From NCBI RefSeq assembly GCF_001194135.2, contig NC_068981.1, positions 167,474,761 through 167,538,760 on the forward strand: a stretch of 64,000 nt of DNA, written 5' to 3'. This stretch comes from Octopus bimaculoides. Taxonomy: Eukaryota. Below are positions 1 to 9,870 of the stretch, piece after piece (within the stretch, counting starts at the first letter, position 1; every line of letters begins with the position of its first letter). Below the pieces are notes generated by a model, which saw only the letters and a list, made by a program, of their open reading frames with translations, was not told the DNA's origin and made no database searches. Both the position numbers and the translations under genes were made by a program.

Positions 1-27
1 AATCTTGAAATAAAACTGAAGAATGAC

Positions 28-140
28 ATACATACACAAATACATGCGTGTATACATACATACATACATACATACATACATACATACATACATGCATACC
101 TACATACATACATACATGCATGCATACATACATACATACA
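28..140. repeat. (TACA)n microsatellite
   Basis: Direct tandem tacatacata... Confidence 0.95.
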
Positions 141-354
141 TACACACATGTATGCATGCCGACATGCATATATTTACGTACAATGATATTTGACACATTC
201 GTGTACACCTGAACGGAGAAATAGTCTGGGAAGAAATATCATGTCTTAGAGAAATGTGAAAGTACACTGGGATATGAAAGACATCATCAGCCACAAATAT
301 GGTTCTAGGTGAATATATTTTATTCAGAGTTGCTTCTCTGTTTAATTAATTCCA

Positions 355-431
355 CTTTCACAAAGATTCAGGCACGACAGCAAATTTAATACTTGCTGTT
401 CTTGAATCTTGTACCGATAGTGATGTGAAAG
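355..431. other. Imperfect three-helix hairpin
   Basis: ctttcaca(355-362)/tgtgaaag(424-431), aagattcag(363-371)/ttgaatctt(402-410), acagcaa(377-383)/ttgctgt(393-399). Confidence 0.55.
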
Positions 432-450
432 ACGAATTCGATTCTCCTAA

Positions 451-485
451 CTGATGACACGTAGCGACACAGAAACACGTGCGTT
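451..485 (+). ncRNA. Degenerate hammerhead-like motif
   Basis: CTGATGA-cacgtagcgacaca-GAAAC-acgtg; core boxes present but stems I and II poor. Confidence 0.2.
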
Positions 486-655
486 CCACATGATCCAAAG
501 ACATCAATCATAGCCCAATTTATTTTCACGCATGCTGTCTAAGAAGAGATGTTTCTCCAGAGACTATTTCTGCAGCGACAAACCTTCCCACGCTCGAGTG
601 TATACGGTGTTAATTATCATTGTACATGCATATATTTTATTCGACGCTGCTTCGA

Positions 656-687
<32 letters not shown>

Positions 688-1119
688 NNNNNNNNNNNNN
701 NNNNNNNNNNNNNNNNNNNNNNNNNNNNNNNNNNNNNNNNNNNNNNNNNNNNNNNNNNNNNNNNNNNNNNNNNNNNNNNNNNNNNNNNNNNNNNNNNNNN
801 NNNNNNNNNNNNNNNNNNNNNNNNNNNNNNNNNNNNNNNNNNNNNNNNNNNNNNNNNNNNNNNNNNNNNNNNNNNNNNNNNNNNNNNNNNNNNNNNNNNN
901 NNNNNNNNNNNNNNNNNNNNNNNNNNNNNNNNNNNNNNNNNNNNNNNNNNNNNNNNNNNNNNNNNNNNNNNNNNNNNNNATATATATATATATACACGTA
1001 CATATAGATATGTCTGTATTTATGTATGTATGTGTATGTATGTATGCATGTATGAATGTATCTAGCTATCTATCTACCTATACATATGTACATATATATA
1101 CGTGTATAATATATGTGTA

Positions 1120-1122
1120 TCT

Positions 1123-1175
<53 letters not shown>

Positions 1176-1355
1176 ATATATATGAATGTATACATATACC
1201 CGTAAATATATATGCATATATATATTTGTATGCATACATATCTATCTATCTATCTATCTACCTATCTATCTATCTATATATATATGGTGTATGTCTATAC
1301 GGCATACACACACACACATACACACACATACTCTTTCTCTCTTTCTCTCTCTCTC
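1120..1355. repeat. Compound (CA)n/(TA)n/(TCTA)n/(CT)n microsatellite field
   Basis: Direct. Confidence 0.9.
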
Positions 1356-1654
1356 GCAAATACACACGATAATGGAATATAAGTCAAAATGCTGGCCCAT
1401 AAAATTCATGACGTTTGAATTTTGCCAACAATTCTTAGAACAGATATATTTTGACTGATACTCTGCCAAAATGGTTGACATTAAAGAAATATGTTCTCCA
1501 CATGCATACTATGTGAACATCAAAAGTGCTCATTTATTTTAATCTCTGTCTATCTGTCCGTCTATCTACCTATCTATCTATCTTTTTATATCAGAATATA
1601 ACTTTTCACGTACACATACGTTGTTAGACGTGTATGTTGTGTGTATGTAGGCGT

Positions 1655-1755
1655 TTGAGTGTGTGTGTGTGTGGTGTGTGTGTGTGGTGTGTGTGTGTGT
1701 GTGGTGTGTGTGTGTGTGTGGTGTGTGTGTGTGTGTGTGGTGTGTGTGTGTGTGT
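1655..1755. repeat. Interrupted (GT)n microsatellite
   Basis: (GT) runs punctuated by GG. Confidence 0.9.
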
Positions 1756-1930
1756 TTAGGCTGTAAGAACTCATTTATTGTAGTATCTTTCAACGGTCAT
1801 AATAAAAAACCCACTGTACTTCTTCTTCTTCTTCTTCTTCTTCTTGAGTGAAAGAGTGGTGCATGCCATCAAGGTGACACTGGGGTACTATTATTTGAAG
1901 CCCAATATACCCATCATGACAACCCGTCTA

Positions 1931-2210
1931 TTATTACCTCCGCCTTAGCGAAGGTGGAGTTATTGTTTTCAGTCGTATTTGTTTGTTTGTTTGTCCGTGG
2001 ACAAGATATCTCAAGAACTGCTGGATAGATTTAGTTGAAACTTTCAGGGATGTTTGGCTTCATGACTGGCACGAACGAATTAGATTTCGGGGTCGATCCG
2101 GTACCGGACAAGGATTCTGGATTATTTGTTATATTTACTTTACATGAAGTTTTACGATGTTACATTGACTTTCAAGCCTGTCTCTGATTATCTTCCTTAT
2201 ATTATATATT
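1931..2210 (+). mobile_element. 5' half of a HINE/DINE-1-like non-autonomous Helentron element
   Basis: 5' subTIR acctccgcc (1936-1944) in hairpin ctccgcctt-agcg-aaggtggag, (GTTT)n tract, and ~200 bp matching 2369-2600. Confidence 0.65.
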
Positions 2211-2368
2211 ATACATATTAACACTTTACAGTAAAGTAAAATAAATTTACATAATTCTATACAACGATCTAAAACAACGGGAATACTAAAGGAAGGCCGG
2301 AAGTTAAGAGAAGAGAAACCAAAAGGTTTCATGCTATCCATTTAAAAATTCCTGAGTAGAACTTATTA

Positions 2369-3497
2369 TTATTACCTCCGCCTTCGCTAAGGAGGATGTA
2401 TTGTTTTCAGTCGTTTTTTTTTTTTTTTTTTTTTTTTGTCCGTGGACAAGATATCTCAAGCACTGCTGGATGGATTTGGATGAAACTTTCAGGGATGTTT
2501 GGCTTCGTGACTGGCACGAACTGATGAGATTTGGGGGTCGATCTGGTACCGGCTAAGGATTCTGGATTATTTGTTATATTTACTTTACTTTACATGAAGT
2601 ATTACAATCTTACGTTCACTTCAATAATAAAATCGAATTTGTCTACAATAATAAAATCAATCTTACGTTCACTTTCGAGTTTTTTTCTGATTATCTCCCT
2701 TGAAATCACGCTCATAGTTTCTACGTAAGTTATGACGGTGTTGTGGTTTCCAAAGTTTTATTGTCGTTTCTCTCTTATTAATTTTACTCGCGCCTCTATC
2801 TTAGTCGAAACTGATGGATAACGGAATCCATAAAGGACATAAACAAACGGCAGCAAAACTGTTCAGAAATGAAATAACAATGAAATATTCAGTAATAATA
2901 ATAAATCCAATTCATCCTCAACAATTTTTAGTTTTACCAATTTTGAATATATCGCTCCTGTTTAAAAACTCTTACTTACTTGACAATTGCATTTCTAGCT
3001 CTACCTTGAAGGAAGCTTTACTTCTTGGACTCACACTTTTGCGCGCAACGATGTTGTTAAACCTCCGTTAACAGCACCGTACGCAGGTCCTTTCCGTTTT
3101 CTTTTACGCACGGATAAATTTTTCACTATAGAACTTAATGGTCGTAAAGACACTATATCAGTGGATAGACTACAAAAAAGGCCTTCATAGAGAAAACTGT
3201 CCCTGTTCCCACTGCAGACGACACATACACAGCATTACAGACACAGCCCGCACACCCACCTCCACATTCCATGACTACCATTGTGATCGATCAGGTACCG
3301 GACAAGGATTCTGGATTATTTTCCCGGTTTTTTAAACTTAATTTTTGGGAGCGGTCGGGTTCATTTTTAGTATTCTCGTTTGTGAGAGCAGTCGAGTTTA
3401 TTTCAGATATTCTCAATTTAAAAATCATATCCGGCTAATCGTTGAGAGGACGTTGGTGTTGCCTTGGCGGAGGTTTGCGCTCTCTGAGTGCTCTTGT
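2369..3497 (+). mobile_element. Complete HINE/DINE-1-like element
   Basis: 5' acctccgcc (2374-2382), T-rich tract, 3' inverted ggcggaggt (3466-3474) followed by stem-loop gcgctc-tct-gagtgc (3477-3491); internal motif gatc(c/a/t)ggtaccgg..aaggattctggattatt repeated at ~2540 and ~3290. Confidence 0.7.
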
Positions 3498-3523
3498 TGC
3501 TGTTGTTGTTGTTGTTGTTGTTG

Positions 3524-3590
<67 letters not shown>
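3496..3590. repeat. (GTT)n(ATT)n microsatellite
   Basis: Direct; abuts the HINE 3' end. Confidence 0.95.
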
Positions 3591-4178
3591 CCTCATTATT
3601 ATGTTCTGGAATTTTCTGTCACATTGTCTTTTGGGAATTACGCTTGTGTACTACATCATTTTTACTTTGTTTTAAAGCTTGATACGTTGTGTCTGCTGTT
3701 GCATTTTCCAGTCGGCTGTGTACAGCATGTGTGGTGTGATTTGTGTTATTTTATTTGGTGATGTTTGTGTTTCATATATGCTCTGTGCTTCTGTGCTATA
3801 TGTTTAAGTTGTCGAACGACGGTTGTGTTTTTTAAATGATGTGTTATAAGTGTTTCAAATATTAGTCCTAGACAGTGATTGAGTAGAATACATGGTGGTT
3901 GCAAGGGTGTAGAAAGTGAGTTGTAAGAGTTAGTGTTATGGTATCAGGTATCAGTTATGAGGAAGCACGTTGATCATAAAGCAAATCAGAGTAGCTAAGC
4001 TGGAAATCAGGAATGAATGCATAGGGATTTGACTATTACCTCTGATCCACCAAGAGGAAGGTGTTAAAAAGGTTCAAGGCTAGAAACTGTCAATGAACGT
4101 TGGACACCGTCTAATGAAATCAATACTTCCCGGTTTAGGCTATAAAAGGGAAGTATCTGTTAGATAATGTTATTCGTA

Positions 4179-4209
<31 letters not shown>

Positions 4210-4560
4210 GTGTGTGACTGTGTGTGTGTGTGCGTGTGTCTATAGGAAGAAGGGAAATGTAAAATAGAAAGAGTGTAAGAGAAAAAGCGTGCACACAGAT
4301 ACAGATTTTGCTTTTAATTTCTTAGTTGCTCTAATCTTATATCATGAGCACGTCCTTTGTAAAGCAGACGTCTTTGAGAATGGTGTGGGTGTCAGATAAC
4401 ATGGCATTCTAGACAGCAATGTTGAGATGCTGACAGGAAAACAGACAGACAGACAGAAAGACACACACACACACACATACACACACACTGTGATACAGCT
4501 ACATACATACATAGACACAAAACCACGCACAAACACAAGCATATATACATAGGCATAGGT

Positions 4561-4595
<35 letters not shown>

Positions 4596-4937
4596 CAGAG
4601 ATATGGAATAATAATAAGAGAGTGAAGAGATATCTGTCACTAATTCTGCAACTGAAAACACTGTAGATGTGTTTTTCTCCAGTCAATTTGTTGTATATTA
4701 TATAGTCGTTTTTTTTTGCGCTTTTGTTTAAAGAATTTGAAATTCTTAAAATATTCAATCTTCCTGAGTTTTTTTATTTCATGTTAATGGCAATATGCTG
4801 CTTCTTTTCACTGTTAGTTTGAGTGGGCGAAACAAGAATGTGTACTTATTTATATAAGTACATACATACACTCACACATATGTTTCAAATGTTTGCTTCT
4901 TAAACTTATGTTACATTAACACTTCTTTTTCTTTTAG

Positions 4938-4971
4938 GTTTGCTAGGGGATCAATTATTTTCAATTTTTAG
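4938..4971 (+). CDS. Candidate 34-nt internal exon (xLLGDQLFSIFx), gene unknown
   Basis: Acceptor acttctttttcttttag, donor AG|gtatgt, open in phase 1->2; no homology recognised. Confidence 0.25.
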
Positions 4972-5469
4972 GTATGTAATAGAAGTAACTATAAAAGTAT
5001 TTCAAAGAGAACAGTATATTTATCTTAGCATCTAGTAAGACTCGTGTAGAACTTTAAATAAATTATATGTTATTTGCATGGCTGTTTTGATTTACTTTTA
5101 GTTGTACTCGTGACTGTATGTCTATATTTGCGCTGCAAACATTTCACGATTTCGTTCTTAATTTCAAGAGGTCTCTTAAAGAAAGCAGTAATTGATCAGG
5201 TTTTCGTATTTAACCTCCCCATCAACAAATCATTACTTAAAACCGTAGGGAGTATAATTCTAGATGATATTTTGTCCAGCTTTTGTCGAAAGGAGCATTA
5301 GTTGAAATAAATGTTTTTATATATGAAATACATGTTGCTAAAATACCCAAAGACAGAGAATATTACAGATTATTTATGCGTTATCAATTCCGACAATGCA
5401 AAAGTAATTGTGTAGCTAAACATCCACACGGATTATCGTTGAGTCGCCCGCATGAACATTAGATATTAC

Positions 5470-5640
5470 ATTTGGAAATATTCTTTTCTACTTCAAGCAC
5501 AAGGGTACTTAATTTATCGACTCCGAAGGGATGAAAAGCAAAGTCGACTTCAGCGGAATTTGAAATGAGGTCGTAAAGATAGACGAAATACCGTGAAGAA
5601 TTGCTCCCGACATGCTAACGCTTCTGCCAGCTCGCAGTCT
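5470..5640 (-). mobile_element. tRNA-derived SINE, family A (internally deleted)
   Basis: Reverse complement matches the 12178-12390 copy (gtcgactttgc-tttcatcc...gtcgataaa..aagtac). Confidence 0.75.
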
Positions 5641-6224
5641 TAGCATTGGGAAATATTAACTAATCATAACATACTGTTAAGAACGGTCTGACGCTGCGAG
5701 CTATCAACTTGCTCTGAACGTCATCAATTGCAATACAAACGTATGAACATCACAACTTCCTCTTCTCCCGTGAAGTCAATGATGCGGGCGGCTTACTGTT
5801 GGATATACATAATTATTAAAGGCCAACCGTTTGCATTTTTCCCATCTAATTACATCTTCGTGCTATAAATAAAATATTATTTGATTTATTTCACAAACTA
5901 GCAAATCATGGGAGGAATAGACAATAGATTCATCAAACGATAGTTTAGAATCTTTCTATAATAAATATTAAAGCACACTCACATAAACACGCATGTGAAC
6001 GCGGAGCACACACACACACACACACACACAGACACACTCACACATTTTTCATGGGCAGCTTTGACTTTTTCTGTCTAAAAGGGCTCTGCAACCCAATAAT
6101 TAAATGGTCTTATTTATCGCTTTCTGTGTTTGTGTTGGGGTGTTACAAAAAAAAAAAAAAAAATGATTTCATCTCTTTTATGTTTTACCTCTTTTGCATG
6201 TATCAGTCATTAAGTTGTTGCTGT

Positions 6225-6400
6225 GCTGCAGCACCATCTCGAATTTTAGTCGGACGAATCGACCCCAGTACCTATTTTTTCTAAGCCTGGTACTTATTCT
6301 ATCGATATCTATTGTTGAACCGTTAAGTTATGCGTATATAAACACACTAACACCGGTTGTCAAGGGGTGGTGGGACGCACACACGCACACGCGCAAACAC
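6225..6400 (-). mobile_element. SINE family B, 3' part
   Basis: Matches the 3' half of the 40696-41089 copy (tagtcg..c.aatcgacccc..tactta). Confidence 0.7.
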
Positions 6401-6722
6401 ACGTACNNNNNNNNNNNNNNNNNNNNNNNNNNNNNNNNNNNNNNNNNNNNNNNNNNNNNNNNNNNNNNNNNNNNNNNNNNNNNNNNNNNNNNNNNNNNNN
6501 NNNNNNNNNNNNNNNNNNNNNNNNNNNNNNNNNNNNNNNNNNNNNNNNNNNNNNNNNNNNNNNNNNNNNNNNNNNNNNNNNNNNNNNNNNNNNNNNNNNN
6601 NNNNNNNNNNNNNNNNNNNNNNNNNNNNNNNNNNNNNNNNNNNNNNNNNNNNNNNNNNNNNNNNNNNNNNNNNNNNNNNNNNNNNNNNNNNNNNNNNNNN
6701 NNNNNNNNNNNNNNNNNNNNNN

Positions 6723-7383
6723 CAGTTGGGAGAAGGCAGTTTGGGTCAAATGCTTCTTTTGGCTGTCTCCACACGTATACTCGGCCGGTGATCGGAAATA
6801 AGGTAAATGATGACTCGTCCGAGAAAATAACATTCTTCCACTGCTCTAGATGCTTTGCAACGTTTGTTTTTGAAAGCAGTGGCTTCCTAATTGCAGCCCT
6901 CCTGAGAAATCCGGCTTTGTGCAGCTGTCAGCAAGCAGTTTTTGTGGAAACTGGGTTCTCGAGGTGGTCATTAAGCTCTCCAGTAATTTTGGGAGCTGTA
7001 CTTTTGTGATCCTTTCTAACAATTCGCGTATGAGTCCGACAGTCTCTATCTGAAAGTTTTGGGGTTTTTTCGGAGTTTTGTTTTGCGAAGAGGTTTTTCC
7101 CTCTTTCTCAAAGGCTGTCATTACTTTCGAGATAGTACTTCTTGATACACCAAACATTTCGGCTGTTTTAGTGACGCTAGCGCCTGCCATACGAGTAGCA
7201 ACAATTTGACCTCTTTGAAAGTCCGATAGATCTGTCAGTTTAATGAATTTTAATTACCTTTTGTCTGATGATATCTGAAAAGAAACAGCAATTTTAGCAA
7301 AACCTATTAAGGAACACTAATCAAAAGCATAAAAATTATGATGCTATGATGCTAGGTGTTTCCATTATTTTGTCCAACCCCTG
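6723..7383 (-). mobile_element. Tc1-like transposon copy 1 (5' half; remainder in gap)
   Basis: TIR ggtgtttccattattttgtccaacccctg (7355-7383) followed by TA; translates to GASVTKTAEMFGVSRSTISKVM (HTH), WKNVIFSDESS and VYxWRQPKEAFDP; homologous to 55773-57016. Confidence 0.9.
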
Positions 7384-7406
7384 TACATACATTCATTGTA
7401 GATTTT

Positions 7407-7676
7407 GGATTTGAGACAAAATTCTGGGTTATCAGTCCATATATGAATAGTAAAATTTCAATCCATTAAATGCTTCATAAAAATATATATGTCAAATAAA
7501 TATTTCGATATAAAAGGTAAACATACGCATTGAAATGATACATATTGCTTTAATGCATATATTTGCCTTTTATATCGAAATATCTATTTTGCATATATAT
7601 TTTTATGAACCATTTAATGGATTGAAATTTTACTTTTCATACATGGACTGATAACCCAGAATTTTGTCTCAAATCC
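7407..7676. mobile_element. Fold-back/MITE-like palindrome: two 134-bp arms, 2-nt spacer
   Basis: 7407-7540 vs reverse complement of 7543-7676: about 13 mismatches, outer 34 bp perfect. Confidence 0.8.
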
Positions 7677-7762
7677 CATATCTTCCATAATATTCCAACA
7701 GTCTAATTAATTTTGAATACTAAACAGTTGTGCTATATACGAAGTATAGTTCTCCCTATTCA

Positions 7763-7803
<41 letters not shown>

Positions 7804-7949
7804 TATGTATGTACAATGTGTGCGTATGTGTGTGTGTGTACCATTGAAGAGACCTCAAAGAGACTATTGTGTTAACCTGCATCTAAAATTATTGTATTAT
7901 TTAGTAAAATCGACAAGTAGAGTATAGTGACCTAGTCGTAAGGAGTGGA

Positions 7950-7985
7950 AAATTCAACGTTTCGGACAGAGTCCTTCTTCAAGGA
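7950..7985 (-). ncRNA. Degenerate hammerhead-like motif typical of Penelope termini
   Basis: Minus strand tTGAAGA-a-ggac-tct-gtcc-GAAAC-gtt; first core C is T. Confidence 0.35.
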
Positions 7986-7986
7986 A

Positions 7987-8106
7987 AAGTTGACAGAAGA
8001 TACATTCTAGATACACAGCAGAGTTTTACATCCCCTCAGTAAGTTTTCCTAACTTAGGGGATGTGAAAACCCTGCTGTCACTCTATAACTCCTTTTCTGT
8101 CAACTT
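7987..8106. other. 120-nt inverted repeat with ~62-nt inner hairpin
   Basis: aagttgacagaa/ttctgtcaactt outer stem; cagcagagttttacatcccctcag / ttaggggatgtgaaaaccctgctg inner stem (8016-8077). Confidence 0.7.
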
Positions 8107-8144
8107 ACCCCACAGTAAGTTTACTGTATTATTTTGCTGCTTTA

Positions 8145-8365
8145 CTAACCACGAGAAAATAAAGCCCCCCCCCCATAGGATAAAATTACTATGAGAGCTC
8201 AAGAATGGAAAGCTTTCTGTAAGTGATCCATTCTTACAATGCATATAAAATACCGGAAAGTCTAGGAAATGTTCTGTGCGTGTTTGAATTCTTTAATAGA
8301 GATCACATATATTTTAACATGTATTAAAGAAAAAAATTGTCACTTTGTAATTACTTCCCTAGAAT
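8145..8365 (+). repeat. 221-bp direct repeat, copy 1
   Basis: Identical to 9545-9765 except 8322 T vs 9722 C; offset exactly 1400 bp. Confidence 0.95.
8179..8218 (+). CDS. Candidate 40-nt exon DKITMRAQEWKAF, copy 1
   Basis: ctaac branch-like motif at 8145, C10-atag acceptor, perfect gtaagt donor, open frame phase 0->1. Confidence 0.35.
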
Positions 8366-9017
8366 GTATGTATGTATGTATACATTATATATGTATGTGT
8401 TTATGTGCACGGTTATGTATATGTATAAATAGATATATAAAGTTATAAAAAGGAATGACTCCTCAAGGGCGTGTAGTATTCAAATAGTTGAGAACATACG
8501 TTGCCTGATGATGATGATAATGACGATCTTTGCAGAGTTACTTTCTTTTTACGGATTTAAATACATACTTCATAAAAATTTACACAAAAACAGGCTCACC
8601 CAGATAAGTCGGGATTTCTCAGTTTCACTCAGAAGATGCTGAGAATTTCATTAGAGAGGCTAAAGCAAGTTTTCCCCGCAATGAGATCGTGCGAAGGATA
8701 GTATGGTTACAAAGCAGACTTCTTTATCACTCAATCCTACCTGCAATCAGAAAATATTGATCTAGAGGCATATTTGTTAATCACTGTGTACATGTGTGAT
8801 GTTTCTAATCAACTAGTTCATTATCCTAATTTTTCTGCTAGTCTTGCAACTTGCCTTATTGCGACTCTGACGTTACTAAAACTTGCTTCAACAACCCCCA
8901 CGATTTCAAGTCAGTATGATGTCAGGTTACTACGATGTGTATAATACGTCAAACTGATCGGAACCGTGAAATGCTCCAGAATAATCATTTAGTGATTCTA
9001 ATCTTACATTGGTGCAA

Positions 9018-9205
9018 AGTCACAGATTTTGGAGAAGTGTGGTTGATCAACTTTATTGATCCTGGCATTTAACTGGTAATTATTTCATTATTGACTTGAG
9101 AATGATGAAAGCCAAAGTCGACGTTGGAGGGATTTGAACTCAGAATGTGAAGGGACATCACTAATTATTGCAAAGCTGTTCTATCGATTCTGTCAGTTCT
9201 CCGTT
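9018..9205 (-). mobile_element. SINE family A, diverged
   Basis: gatgaaagccaaagtcgac..ggatttgaactcagaa is the reverse of the family A core. Confidence 0.65.
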
Positions 9206-9544
9206 GTTAATGATTATTAATGACAAAACAAGAATATTGAAGAACAGACGACTTTCGATTTGGTTCAGAATTGAGCTGGGAAGGTTAATTCAATATCCTG
9301 GTCTGGGTTGTATTCAGTAAGTGAACGTGCATCTGAATGAAGTAGTGGTGTTTGGAAGCAGTATTTTAACAATGTCGATAATGGGAGATTAAACAGAAGA
9401 AGAGAAAAACAAGAAAAAACGAGATCAATAAGGAAACACTGAAAACTTTAATACATACCGTTCTTTCTCATGAAATAGGACTAATCTATAAACGTTTGAA
9501 AGATCTCGAACAATATATATTGTTCGTAATCTCTCAATCTCTTC

Positions 9545-9765
9545 CTAACCACGAGAAAATAAAGCCCCCCCCCCATAGGATAAAATTACTATGAGAGCTC
9601 AAGAATGGAAAGCTTTCTGTAAGTGATCCATTCTTACAATGCATATAAAATACCGGAAAGTCTAGGAAATGTTCTGTGCGTGTTTGAATTCTTTAATAGA
9701 GATCACATATATTTTAACATGCATTAAAGAAAAAAATTGTCACTTTGTAATTACTTCCCTAGAAT
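9545..9765 (+). repeat. 221-bp direct repeat, copy 2
   Basis: See 8145-8365. Confidence 0.95.
9579..9618 (+). CDS. Candidate 40-nt exon DKITMRAQEWKAF, copy 2
   Basis: Same splice signals as copy 1. Confidence 0.35.
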
Positions 9766-9781
9766 TTACATTTTCTTTCAG

Positions 9782-9870
9782 GCGATTCTTGGATTCATGA
9801 TTTTTTCTATGTTTTACCATTCAGAATTCTAATGTCCCAATGCAATAGGCCTAGGTTGCTATACGCATAG
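9782..9870 (+). CDS. Candidate phase-1 exon (C)DSWIHDFFYVLPFRILMSQCNRPRLLYA*
   Basis: Acceptor ttacattttctttcag; phase-compatible with the 40-nt exon; no homology recognised. Confidence 0.25.

Noticed and set aside
8145-9765. 221-bp direct repeats as LTRs of a TRIM/LTR element
   Set aside because: No TG...CA termini, PBS, polypurine tract or flanking TSD
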